NCBI GenBank assembly: GCA_951406725.2 | Contig: OX597818.1 | Span: 24,986,001 to 25,050,000, forward strand | Reading direction: 5' to 3' | Source of the DNA: Octopus vulgaris | Taxonomy: Eukaryota | Length of the DNA stretch: 64,000 nucleotides | In this document: positions 26,885 through 39,792 of the stretch, one piece after another | Numbering within the stretch: position 1 is the first letter of the stretch | How the letters are laid out: the number at the start of each line of letters is the position of its first letter | Notes under the pieces: model-generated | Database searches by the model: none | What the model was told of the DNA's origin: nothing | The model's input: only the letters and a program-made list of their open reading frames with translations | Position numbers and translations under genes: made by a program

Positions 26885-27105
26885 TACATGTATGCAGATG
26901 TGTGTGTATATTTGTGTCTCATTATCTTGTGACAGTTGTAAATGGTTGTCACTGTCATACAAGCAGCGTCATTCATTTCTGATATTCTGTGAGAATATGT
27001 CTGGCTAGTGAGAAATATTACCTTGCTTGGAAATAGGTATGGGTTGGGGACAGGAAGAGCACCTGGCCATTGAAAACCTGCCTCAAAAAATTCCATCTGA
27101 TCCAA
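26885..27105 (+). mobile_element. SINE family C 3' body
   Basis: Homologous to 20020-20230. Confidence 0.7.
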
Positions 27106-30100
27106 TGGTGGTGTTGATAATATATTTTGAATATGGCAACCTGTGATGCCATTGACTCTGCCAGTTACTAAAATATTGTTAGATTTATTGATTTACATCA
27201 TCAAATAAAGATGAAATCTCAAAAGCTTTTTTTAAATTATCTACAGATATTTTATTGCTTTAATTGGAAAAAAAATCAGAGGTTAAAAAGCACTGGTCAT
27301 GTAATTTCAGTAGAAGGAAACTGAAAACAGCTTACCACAGCAACAAATTTGGTTCTCAAATTATTTGAAATAAGAGCCCATACAGGGTTAACTATTTCTG
27401 CTAAACTTCCCAGTTAGCATTATCCTCAACTTCCATAAATATATATATGATGAATACGTTTTCAATACACTAATATTCATGGGAAAATGAGTTCAGTATA
27501 TTTTTAATAAAGAATATTATCAAATAATTCATTCTTGTCTGTGTGCTATTTTATGTTCAATTACTGTTTTCTTACTAATACTTTCTTTAGTAACGTTTAT
27601 TTTTACTCACTAACTCTTACACAATGGAAACATTCAAATCAGATTAGCAATAATGTATATACTGCTCAAACACTAGCACTATTGTATGTAATAATAACTA
27701 AATGTTCTTAATTATATTACAGATTCTGGAAGGTAAAATATGTCCAAGCTTTAATAATGAGGTCATATCCTGTCACATCACACTTTTCTATTAAATTATG
27801 TTAATTTTGTTTATTAAGATTATGTAATCTCTAACAAAACAAATCCAGAACACTCCAAAATTTTATTTCTGATCTTACTAGTTATCAAAAAAAATGAACT
27901 TAACATGACTAAAAAGGGAAAAAAATTAAAATTACAAACAATAAGGGAGTGCCTTATGAAAAATTTGTTAGCCTTTGCTTTGACAATTATTACAGTATGT
28001 AGGTTTGTTGTTGGTGATGATAGTAGTAGTAAGAATCTGATATATAAATCCTAACCATAATGTTTGCAAAGATTATAATATTAGTTTGTAGTTTTTTTAT
28101 GGTATTACTTTACATTCTCAATTTGTGTGTGGTGTTGGGGTATTAATGAACCTGCCTTAAAGTTTTTGTAGGTTTCATTTTTTTTTTTAAACAATAATAA
28201 ATTTCACAAGATTTTCACTTGAAACAATTACAAAATTGACCAAAGTGTTTGATGAGTATTTTTATCATTGTTCTAAGATAAATCTTTCTAATTTTTTTCA
28301 TGATAGAGTATATTTTAATTCAGTTATATTACAGTTAAAAATAAAATATTGTAAAAACGTTTTGCCTGATATCTTTATTACAGCATAAACCATTTTAAAT
28401 TGGTTCTATTTGCCACTTTAAATTAAAATGTGTAAAAGCAAATGCTTAAATAAAAGGCACATTAAATAAACCTAAGATAAGTGCTAACTATTCACATTCT
28501 GGAAATGTAAAGCAATTAAGAAGACCAGAAGTTAGAAACAAATAGGGCACTAAATATGTTTCAAATAATTTAGAACACATAACAGATACAACCAAAGTTT
28601 GAGGAAACTAGTGGTTTCATCATCAAAACTTATTTACTGAATTTCATAAATTTTGTATTCTGTGGTGAGAACAGAATTCTGATGTTTGAAATCAAACTCT
28701 TCAGCTGAAAAAGAAGAATGAGTTTTTGAGAGTTAAAGGGATTCGCTTTTCCATTATGTATACAAATAAATTTCACCAGATCATAAACTATCTGCAGTAT
28801 GCGCAGAGGTTCTCAAAGTTAACATTAAAAAAAGAATATTTTATTGTCTATTATGCCAAAGCATTTTGAAATTTTTTTATTTTTAATTGAATTGCTCAGA
28901 GATGTTTTACAACTCAATGTACATTATGTTAGATAATATTTTTTAGTTCATGGTTGAATATTCAGTTTGATATATCAAAGCAGCTAAAAAGTTAAAGATG
29001 GTTATTGCAAAAGTAAGTCAAGTAAAATATCTTTAATTTGGCTACAAGGTTGTGTATATTTTTCAAACTGCCTATCGTCATTTCTCCTGCATTACTTTTT
29101 GCCCTGCCATCCTTTTGCATCCATCATTCTGTTATTACATCACACTTATACACACATCTCTCACATTTTATAATACATTTGCCTTGTTTATGCACTTGGA
29201 CTCTCTTCTAATCACATATGCTTTGAACCAGCAGAATAGAGAGGACTCCTTAGTTTTGCAAAGGACAAAGCAATGTCTCATGTTGGTGCTACAATAAAGT
29301 ACACTGAAAACCCACAGTAAAGCAGTTGTCGAACATATGGAGATAATGGCTGATAGAGAGGATTCCTTAGAATGCTGAAAACATAACATCTTTTGTGCTG
29401 GTGCCACAATAAAATGCACTCAAAATACTCTGTAAAGTGATTGGCATTAGGAAGGATATCCAGCCATAGAGACCATGCCAAAGTGGCATGTATGAGCCAG
29501 GAATGGGCCTCCAGTCTATCTATGAGGGCAGTAGCACCAAATAGGAACTGATTTAAATTGTGACAACCCATTGAACTTGTACCAGCAGAAAAACAAATGA
29601 TGATGACAATTGCTGTAGCACTTCTTTTCAATTGTCCATTTTATTGCAGTTTTTGGAGATCATTAATTTTAGTTTTGCAAGCAGTGGAAAAAGTTAACTT
29701 CAATTAAATATTTGAGAGTAAAAGCAATTTTGACAGCTTTAGTTGCAGATTCACCAAAAGAACTGTAATTTCAGTGACTTATCAGCAAAATTTTGTTTTC
29801 ATTCGTATTTCTTAGAATCCTAACAGAATCTTGAGTCAGGTATTCATGAGATATATACTATAAAATTTTTGTTTAAACATGGAAGAAAATATCTGCCAAG
29901 AAATGTAGAACTGTGAATAAGTTAAAAACAAATACGTTAGTATAATCTCTACTATCAAAGTCATTAGTAAGTAGCTTTTTTCAGTGTTAGTAATGAGTAA
30001 ATAGGAAGTCAGTGCTATGCAGACACGGTAACTGTTGTGTGTACAGATTATCAAAGTATCTTGGGTAGACTGACAATACACTGTTAATTCCAGTGTGCAC

Positions 30101-30227
30101 TAAGTTGACACAACAGTTTCAAGAAAGTACTTGAAAGTAAATGTAGTTTATGAAAACTTGTCAGGTGACCAAAATGCATATCAGCTGCTGGTAAGATGAC
30201 AGTTTCTTAGATGCTTTTCTGATGATG

Positions 30228-30603
30228 AATATATATATATATATATATGTGTGTATATATGAATATATATATATGTGTGTGTGTATATGTATAAGTGTAT
30301 ATATATATATATATGTGTGTGTGTGTATGTGTGTGTGTATATATATATGTGTGTGTGTGTATGTGTGTGTGTATATATATATGTGTGTGTGTGTGTGCAT
30401 ATATGTATGTATATATATGTGTGTATATATGAATATATATATATGTGTGTGTGTATATGTATATGTGTATATATATATATATATATGTGTGTGTATATAT
30501 ATATATGTGTGTGTGTGTGTGCATATATGTATGTATATATATGTATGTATATGTATGTATATATATATATGTATGTATATGTGTATGTATGTATGTATAT
30601 ATA
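30228..30603. repeat. (TA)n/(TG)n compound microsatellite
   Basis: Seen directly; source of several spurious YI/CV ORFs. Confidence 0.95.
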
Positions 30604-31869
30604 TTAGGTCATCAACTATGAAATTTGTAGTAAGGTATATGGTAAACTTTGACAGCTGCTCATTTTACACCAGGATTACATTTTGACAATATTTTTTGTT
30701 AGAAAGCTGATACATCTATTTCTTTATTCTAACTCATTTTGCACTTTATAAAGTATTTATAAATCATTTCTTGCTATTTTTGTTTAGAGATGGATAAGTT
30801 GGAAATTCATGCAGTTTTAAAATATGAGTTCTTTCTTGGAAATACAGCATCACAGACAGCTTGGAATATTAATGGAGTATTTCATTCTAATGTTATTACA
30901 CAGCAGACAGTATCAAATTGTTTTGCAATATTTCCTTCTGGTAACTTTGACCTCACAAATGAGCAATGCGGTTGACCAGAAACAAAGCTAGATAATAACA
31001 AATTGAAAGCCACCATCGAGTCAGATCCATCTCAAAGTGCCCATGAATTATTGTTGTTGTTTGGTGTTAGCAAGCAAACAATATTGATTCAACCAGTTCA
31101 AATCGGCAATGTGAAAAAGTTGGATAAGTGGGTTCCACATGAACTCAATGAAAATCAGAAACAGCATTATGCTACTTTCTCGTCACAAAAATGAATCATT
31201 TTTTAATCGAATTGTAACATGTGATGAGAAATGGATTCAATGCAACAACTGTAAACATTCAGCACAACGGTTGGACAAAGACAAGCCTCCAAAATACAGT
31301 CCTAAAAGCAAAATTCATCAAAAAGAAACGGATGGTGTGGGTTTGGTTGTCTGGCTCAGGTATGATCCATAATGATTTTATTAAACCTGGCTCATCAACC
31401 ACAGCTGAAGTATACTGCAGTCAATTGGACCAAATGATGCAGAAACATACAAGAAAACAGCCTAGATTAGTCAACAGATCCACTCATTTTATTGCAAGAC
31501 CATGCCAGACTACACATCACAAAAATGACATTGGCAAAACTACAGGAATTGGAGTAGGAAGTTCTCTATCATACACCATACTCACCTGATCTTGCCCCCA
31601 CTGACTACCACTTCTTACCAGAATTTGAATAACTTTTTGATAGGAAAATAATTTCATTCTGACGACGCTGTAAAACAGGCCTTCCAAGATTTTATTTACT
31701 CTAGATGCCCAGGTTTTTAGACTTCTGGGCTGGACAAGCTACCGCTGAAATGGCATAATTTTTATTAAATGTATGGGTGCATATTTTGATGAATGGATCT
31801 ATTCCTTGCATTTATAAAACATTGGCAAAATTTTTTTCTTTTCTACAAATTTCATACTAGATGACCTAA
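30604..31869 (+). mobile_element. Full-length mariner (DD34D) transposon with pseudogenised transposase
   Basis: TA-flanked TIRs TTAGGTCATCAACTATGAAATTTGTAG / CTACAAATTTCATACTAGATGACCTAA; transposase from 30790 with WVPHEL, IVTCDEKW and YSPDLAPTDY, broken by stops and frameshifts. Confidence 0.95.
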
Positions 31870-31954
31870 TATATGTCCAGCCATAATGTATGTGTATGTA
31901 TATTTATACATATATATGTGTGTGTGTATGTATATATGTATACATGTAAATATA

Positions 31955-32060
31955 TAATAATAATAATAAACATTGTGTACAGTGCTCAGGTGCACTACAA
32001 CTCATCTAAAGTGCATATATAATCAGGTGTAGTTTCGACAGATTTCGGAAAGCATAAGAT
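31955..32060 (-). mobile_element. Short CR1-like LINE 3' end
   Basis: 'acagtgctcaggtgcac.acaact..aatcaggtgtagt' related to the 63.8 kb tail. Confidence 0.6.
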
Positions 32061-32093
32061 GTATGTATATATATGTGTGTGTGTGTGTCTATG

Positions 32094-32126
<33 letters not shown>

Positions 32127-32479
32127 ATACATATATATATATATGTGTGTGTGTGTGTGTATCTATCTATCTACATATATATATATATACATATATATAT
32201 GAGTTAAGCAAAAAATTAGATTCAGATGAATATGGTACGTAAGTTGAGGCACCAGAATTTTGTACGGTATTATCCATAGAATTTCAAAGTAAGGTGATTA
32301 AAATCAAAATAAGCAACAAGGATATCCAGAAGTAATGCAGTACGATCATTTCATGTAACTCCATTTAATTGAACAATGCAATCATTATTACATCAATTTA
32401 AAATGCAGATTCTAGGCACGATTCTAGGGAGCAGGGATAGCACAAATATATCCTGCCCTTACACAAAAAATTTAAAGGT

Positions 32480-33570
32480 AAGAATCTCGTCTGGTTCAAT
32501 ATCCCACACAACTGAGCATTATCCCCAAACATATATAGAAAATTTATTACTATTTTAGAAAAATACTTCCCTACTGCCCATAGATATAATAGAATCTTTT
32601 CATGTAAGACAGAATCTCATACTCTACTCTCCCTAATATAGGTACCATCATAGCTAGATTAAATACAAAGAATATAGAATTAGCCAGAATTATTGAAAAT
32701 AATAATGATGATGATATTAATAATAATAATAGTAACATTAACAACAACAATAATAATAATAATAGTAACATTAACAATAATAATAATCATATTAATAATA
32801 ATAATAATAATAATAGTACTGTCAACTATAACTAAAACTCCCAAAATGAAAATAGTAGCATTGATGATGATGGGGTGAATAGAAGGAATAGTGGTAGCAT
32901 TTCTAATAAAAATATTATGGATTATAGTCCCAGTATATATATGGGCATGGAAACTATTTGTATGCCTGATGATGCAGAAGCAATTTGACATGATAATACG
33001 ATTGAAGTGAAGTTAGAAAATAACAGATGTGAACATAACATACTTGATAATGTAATTATTAATAGCGAAAATATTAACAATAAAAATTGAAATTAAAATC
33101 TTAATAATACTAATATTAATTATAATACTAATATTAATTATAATAATTCTCTTAGTTGCAATTGTAGTGTTAAATTCCGCTGTCCACTATTAGGCCGATG
33201 TCTTACCCAGAATGTAGTATATAAATGCACAATAATAACTACTACTAATAATTATATTTACTTCGGTTGTTTCGATTAATTTGAAGCTGTGTATATACAA
33301 TCACATGTCATCCTTTAAGCTTAAGCATTGTACAACAATATCCAGTAAAATTTGGGAATTGAAGGACAGTGGAATTGAGTTTAGCCTCAAATGGGAAATA
33401 ATAAGAAGAGCACAGCCTTATAGAAATAGTAGATATGGGTGTGAGCTTTGCTCTATGGAAACATGAAATTTTTAAGCATAAAGATAATGGCAACCTGATT
33501 AATAATTGATTAGAACTTAGGGTATCATGTGTAAATAGTGTCATCCATACCTTTAAATATTTCAGAAAGT
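32480..33570 (+). mobile_element. Penelope-like element ORF 3' part (linker plus GIY-YIG endonuclease), degraded
   Basis: WFNIPHN..NIYRKFITILEKYFPTAHRYNRIF..SYSTLPNIGTIIA; then an (AAT)n-rich expansion; then CNCSVKFRCPLLGRCLTQNVVYKC..YIYFG..NHMSSFK..ISSKIWELKD..WEIIRRAQPY..CELCSME. Confidence 0.88.
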
Positions 33571-33637
33571 AGCACTTTATTGATCTTGTGATTTAAAACC
33601 TATAATGTACCTCTTAGTTTTAAATCAGTGCATAGTT

Positions 33638-34900
33638 AGCATGCCCTACAGCATTAATTTTCATTTAATTAATACTGGGTCTCAGTGATTATAGACTAAT
33701 TAAGTAAATAAACAATTTTGAGTTTTATATACTTGAATTATTACATATTTTCTATAAAGTTTCTCTATTGAAGCTTCTAAGTTGTATATATACTTCATCA
33801 TGGTTTTAGTGATTAAGTTATTTTATATCCGTTTCTATGGTGTTTCTACTCTACCCGATCATTTTAATACTTTATAATTGCCTTTAGACAAACCTGAATT
33901 TTTGTACCCCTATAAATCCATACTTAGCTTATAAAAAAACAATATGGGTATCTTCACAACTTAAATTTAAACTGCCTAAATTATAATTTAACTAATTTGT
34001 AGTAAATTTGTTCTCTCACCTCAATGATAAATTTTCCTGATAACCCTAAATTTTAACTTCATACAATAATGACATATTGTTTAAAATAGTTTTAGTAACT
34101 AAATATTTTATCCCTTTCTTAAAGTGTTCCGTCCTCTTAATTTTGGTATTTATATTGGCTTTATACAAACAGCCCTTCTAATTAAGTACCCCCAAGAAAC
34201 TGTAATATCATTTATGGATTAACACAAATAACTTTTTAAATCTATATTATACCATTTAATTTAATATTAGTATATAATTAGCATGTCCTTTTAACAACAG
34301 TTATTCTTTTAACCAATACCAGGTTTCAGTCCTGATTATAATAAGCTAAATAAGTTAATTAACAATTTTTAGCTTATAATACTTAAATTATTATACTTTT
34401 TCTATAAATACTTGCTATTGAAGTTAATAGGGTATGGATATTTTATTATGTTTTTTAGTGATTAGGGTGTTTTTATTCCTTTTCTATGATGCTCTATCTT
34501 AACTGATCATTTTATTATTATTATTATTTTATAGTAGCCTTAAATAAATTTAATCATTGTACCCCTATTAATTCATATTCAGGCAATACTGGTTTCTCGA
34601 CAACTTAAAAAACTATTTCGTTGCAATTTTCTTTTCCTCCCTCTATTGTGGTAAAAATTTGGTTATATACTCAAAATATTCATAGAAGTTTTATCCTTTT
34701 GTTAAAATTACAGTCTTAATAATCTTCTTGATTACCCTAAATTTTAACTTTATACAATAAGACAATATTGTTTGAAATGATCTTTAGAAATTACTTGATT
34801 TGACTCTTTCTTAAATGGCTCTACTCTCCTATCTTAGTATTTATAACGGCCTTTATATAAATAACTCTTCTAAGCAAGTACAACTAAAAAACTATAAATA
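33638..34900 (+). repeat. Diverged ~640 bp tandem duplication downstream of the Penelope ORF
   Basis: Unit 1 from 33638 (tagcatg..ctattgaag..ttttagtgatta..gatcatttta..taccccta..accctaaattttaactt) aligns by eye to unit 2 from 34279. Confidence 0.75.
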
Positions 34901-35008
34901 TCATGTAGGGAGTAACAATAATAACTTCTTAAACTTATAACATAACCCTTAGTTTTTAAAAAAAGATTAGTACAAAATATGATTGTTCTATAACAATATA
35001 TATGCAAA

Positions 35009-35011
<3 letters not shown>

Positions 35012-35054
<43 letters not shown>

Positions 35055-35224
35055 TTTGTATGTATATATATATATATATACATATATTTGTATGTATATA
35101 TATATATATATACATATATTTGTATGTATATATATATATATATACATATATTTGTATGTATATATATATATATATACATATATTTGTATGTATATATATA
35201 TATATATACATATATTTGTATGTT

Positions 35225-35265
<41 letters not shown>

Positions 35266-35371
35266 CATATTGTATATATATATATATACATACATGTATT
35301 TGTATATATATATATGTGTGTGTGTGTCTATCTATCTATCTATATATATATATATATATACTATGTTGAAC

Positions 35372-35418
<47 letters not shown>
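35012..35418. repeat. (TA)n tract with a 32 bp minisatellite unit ((TA)n-CATATATTTGTATG), about 6 copies
   Basis: Seen directly. Confidence 0.92.
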
Positions 35419-35422
<4 letters not shown>

Positions 35423-35550
35423 GTTAATCCAAACATGAACAAGTAAGGAAAAACAACAACGCAAGGACATGGAATAAGTACAGTGTTATTGGATGCTCAG
35501 AAAAGGAAAGAAAAGAAAGAGGATTTCACATTTTGAGCCGAGCTCTCCAT

Positions 35551-35935
35551 CAGCAGTCACAGCCCATGTTTCACTGCCCTGTAGCATGGCTGTTCGCACA
35601 CATGCTTCATGCAGTCTACCTTTTACTCTGAGCGAGAGGCCCTTTATCACCAGCGGTGGTAGGAGCTCTCTGAACTTTGCCCAGGCTATTCTTATTCTAG
35701 CAGCTACACTCTCAGAGTATCCACCCTTGCAACTAACTTGATCACCTAGGTAACGGAAACTATCAACTACTTCTAGTTTTTCCCCTGGCATGTGACAGAA
35801 GCTGTTTTCTTCACATTTTCAGTGTTTATTGCTCCTGAGCATTTGCCACACACAAAAACTATCTTCTCGTTAGCCTTCCTTTGATATTGCTACACCTCTT
35901 ATGTGTCCATAGCTTACACTGGGTACAACTTATGA
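35551..35935 (-). mobile_element. RTE LINE fragment (Zn-finger insertion and post-RT region)
   Basis: CTQCKLWTHKRCSNIKG..FVCGKCSG..LEVVDSFRYLGDQVSCKGGYSESVAARIRIAWAKFRELLP..SLRVKGRLHEACVRTAMLQGSETWA. Confidence 0.9.
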
Positions 35936-36909
35936 AGTTAGGTAACTGGAGCAGCAAGCTTTGGCCCCATTTGCATAAATATATTATTAGATGTTGCTTG
36001 TTCATTATTTGTAGTGAAGAGCTACATGCTGACATTAATTTACCTCATAAGTTTAGTTAAGTAGCACACTGCACATGTCATTGCCTTTATATATATATAT
36101 TAACTCTCTTACTGCAAAATATACTGTGAAAACTTATTTTTCAGATGGTTATCTTTCTTAAACAGATGGATGGTGCTAAATAACGCAGGTATTTTGTAAA
36201 GTATAATTGTTCTTGCTGAGCAACCAACTGTGTACCATTTTAACAAAACTTAACCTTGAATGGTAAGAAATCAATAGTGCCTAGAATAAGTTTGGAGCAC
36301 ATCTTGTAGGTAATACCAGAAATAAGGAAGAATAGCATTCTTGTTAAACTTCAATATTTTGTTGAATACAGGAGTTTTTAATTAAGCTTAAAATGTGCTT
36401 AATCTTCACTTGTATTTGTAGAATAAATCCAAAAGTTAGTGGTGCTATATGTCTGTTGTTCATATTTTTATATATTATCACACCAATCTGGAATATATAT
36501 TTCTTATAACTTCAGAAAATATTAAGGCATCTTGGCCAGAAAACATTATTTACAAAGAACACCTACAGTTTTATTCTATCCTGTTTAGTTTAAATGTAAA
36601 GAGGATATTTTGTGGCACACTTTTATGGCTATGGATAGGTTTGTTTTAATATAGTTATTTAATATTACTTGTCCTTCTCATTAGGTCTCTTTACATTTAT
36701 ATACATGGAGCTTAATTTTCTTGATTTTTTTTTTATTTATAGTACTTTATTGTTTTCCTGCAAGATTTTCTGAATTTTTTCCCTTCCAGCTTTCCATTTG
36801 ACTAAATTCATTTGAAAAATTCTAGTTTGCTTTGTCATATTTTCAGAGATAGATTCTGATTCCTTTCATAGTCTACTGTCTTTTCCAAAGATGTTCTTTT
36901 ATTTTTAGA

Positions 36910-37240
36910 AATCGATCAACATCAATGGAAATTGCAGCTGTGATACCAGTGCCGGTGGTACGTAAGAGAACCATCCGAACGTGGCCGTTGCCAGCATCTC
37001 GAGCTGGTGACACGTAAAAAGCACCATCCGATTGTGGCCGTTTGCCAGCCTTGTCCAGCACGTAAAAAGCACCCACTACACTCACGGAGTGGTTGGCGTT
37101 AGGAAGGGTATCCAGCCGTAGAAACATTGCCAGATCAGACTGGGTCTGGTGCAGCCTTCTGGCTTCCCAGACCCCAGTTGAACCGTCCAACCCATGCTAG
37201 CATGGAAAGCGGATGCTAAACGAAGATAATGATGATGATG
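36910..37240 (+). mobile_element. SINE or non-autonomous RTE derivative with internal subrepeats and (GAT)n tail
   Basis: Repeated 'acgtaa.a..accatccga..gtggccgtt.gccagc' units, then 'gagtggttggcgttaggaaggg.atccagccgtagaaac..catggaaagcgga' shared with 46500-46648. Confidence 0.8.
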
Positions 37241-38204
37241 ACTACATTGATTTAGTAAAGATATTATTTTCATTTCAGCTCACTGATCTACCACTTCAGT
37301 CTTTTCTCATCTGCTCTGATGTAAAGTTGGATGCAAGGCATTCTAGTGCTTTGCTTTGGACACAGAACCAGAGATGGGGTTTTATCACATAACTGTTGCC
37401 TTTAAGTGGTTGTTAAATTTGTTGGAAATAGGGGCCATATTTGCCACATTGGATTATGCAGTCTTAGATATGCAATATTCAAGAGATAGATGGGACAATC
37501 ATGGTTGGGAAGTCTTTGGTTATAGGCCTACTCAGTCAGACCTATAATCAAAGGCATTCTGGCCTTGACTGTTTGTTCATAATTATGATGATGTTTTTCC
37601 ATACTGATATGAACTGGATGGGTCAGGAGTATCCTATTTTGCTACACCTCATGATTCAATAACCTCTTATATATAAGGAGAATATCATTTGATCTAAGCA
37701 TATTTTATTCCCTTGGCCACTATGGCTCATCATTTCACTGTATTGAAACTAGTAAATTAATGGTACAACTAATGAATTTATAGGAAAACAATTCTGTTTA
37801 GGTATTATATCCACTTTTTAAAAATAACATGACCAAGTTAGGCTATGCTTTCTCTTGTTAAAAATTTTTACGTTTTACCTCATGAATATTATTTTTGTCT
37901 GTGAAGTCAAGTTCTATCTTAAATATTGAAAGTTGAACTTTATACGTGAGTTATTCAATCAGGCCTATATTTATTCATTTATTTATTGCAAAGCAGGTGG
38001 GATTGTTGTTAGCTACATGTTGGCTTTCTACTAATAGATCAGCTCATGACTCCCGCAATTTTTCTTTCTGGGTTTGAAATCATTTTTTATTTATTTAAAT
38101 TAAATTTATTTGAACGCAAATCATAGAAATGTCACAAAGATTTTCTCTTGTCAAGTACCTTTGCATCAGCAAATGGAGAGAATTTCTTATTATTTGTCTA
38201 GTTA

Positions 38205-38411
38205 AAGGCAATGAGCTGGCAGATTTTTTAGCACTCCAAGCAAAATGCTTAGCAGCACTTCGTCTGTCTTTATGTTCTGAGCTCATATTCTGCCGTGATC
38301 GATTCTGCCTTTCGTCCTTTCAGGGTCGATAAAATAAGTACCAGTTGAGCATTGTAATCGCTTTCTTCACTTTTCTGAAATTGCTGGCCTTGTGCTAAAA
38401 TTTGAAACCAA
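38205..38411 (+). mobile_element. SINE family B with ~18 bp TSD
   Basis: TATTTGT(C/T)TAGT(T/C)AAAGG at 38191-38208 and 38412-38429. Confidence 0.85.
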
Positions 38412-38719
38412 TATTTGTTTAGTCAAAGGTAAATAACTCTTGTCGGTTTCTTTTTAAAAGTGAAAATAGCGAAGTGAGTATTTATCGTTTTATTATTACG
38501 CCACAACTACTGCCACGTATCGGTTAGTTTGTACTATCATTGCTGATCTCTGCAACATATGTACATTTAAGGGTAACAATCTCGTCTTAATCTCCATACA
38601 GCCCTTGTTCCAAGATGTAGCTGAAATTTCTGAGCTGCTGTTCGAGTAAATTCAGTAAATTACGTAAATAATATGAGAAAGAGAAAAAATATGGTGAGTA
38701 ATGTGTCAAAATCGGACTA

Positions 38720-38845
38720 CTTATTCGTTGAAGCGTGGATTTTTAAACTCCGTTTTTAACTATTTTTCTTAGTCTAGCTTGTTTTTTTTAAGACGAAGTA
38801 CCTCCGATCTGTATGTTTTGAATATCAGACATTCATGATCTGATC

Positions 38846-38895
<50 letters not shown>

Positions 38896-39090
38896 ACATA
38901 TATATATAAAGTACTTTTTAAAACCAGTAATTTTATATTATACTGATTTTAAAAGTTAAATGAAAAAGAAAAGAAGTAAATTTGCAAAATTCTGAATCAC
39001 ATTTTTGAAAGCAAAAATTCAACAAATTCGATTACGTGTAAATAAAATTTTAAGGAGAGGTTAAAAATTCACACTCTTCAACGAATTATA
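38720..39090. mobile_element. MITE-like element with ~35 bp imperfect TIRs
   Basis: TTATTCGTTGAAGCGTGGATTTTTAAACTC (38721-) is the inverted complement of GAGGTTAAAAATTCACACTCTTCAACGAATTA (-39088). Confidence 0.6.
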
Positions 39091-39752
39091 CGCTTAAGCT
39101 AAAATGATCGTTAATCGACTTAAGTGGTAAAATAATTAGATTAAAAACTCGCTTGTAATTTCAGATTTAAAATTCTTTCCAAGATGCCTTGTCTTTAGTT
39201 GTAATTTTATTTTCATGATCAATGCATTACAGGAATATAAGACGACCTCAGAACTTAACTGTTACTTTATTTACCGTTGAAGCTTAAAAGGCAAAGTTGA
39301 CCGCAACAAGATCTTAACTTAGAATTTTAGGAGATTTATTTATTTATTTGTTTTACATATAATTTTGATACATTTTACATTTGAATGATCATAATTATTT
39401 AATATATTTTATTTGAAAACTATATGAAACCGATGAAAGAAACGGTTTCCTATTTAAATGTTTATCTTTTGCTTTTTGCCACATAAACTGCATGATTTGT
39501 GGTATTTTCAATAACTGGGTCCACAAATTTCAGCCCATAATTTACAATTTGGTATATACATACACACATATATATATCCGCCTACTTGAAAATTTTGATG
39601 ACTCTGACACATTCCAATAGACTATGGATGAATACTTTGATGATAAAAGCTATCACAATGGACTGTGGATGAGTTATTTTGATAAGAGCTGCCTGTCTGA
39701 TGTCTCGAATTACGATCTCATATCAAATTATCTTGCCATAAAAGTACAACAG

Positions 39753-39792
<40 letters not shown>

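Noticed and set aside
30161-30686. Several overlapping ORFs of 79-154 aa (also 34870-35446)
   Set aside because: Stop-free TA/TG microsatellite artefacts.
37498-37570. Imperfect long palindrome resembling a pre-miRNA
   Set aside because: Appears to be part of a degraded dispersed repeat; several mismatches and no supporting evidence.
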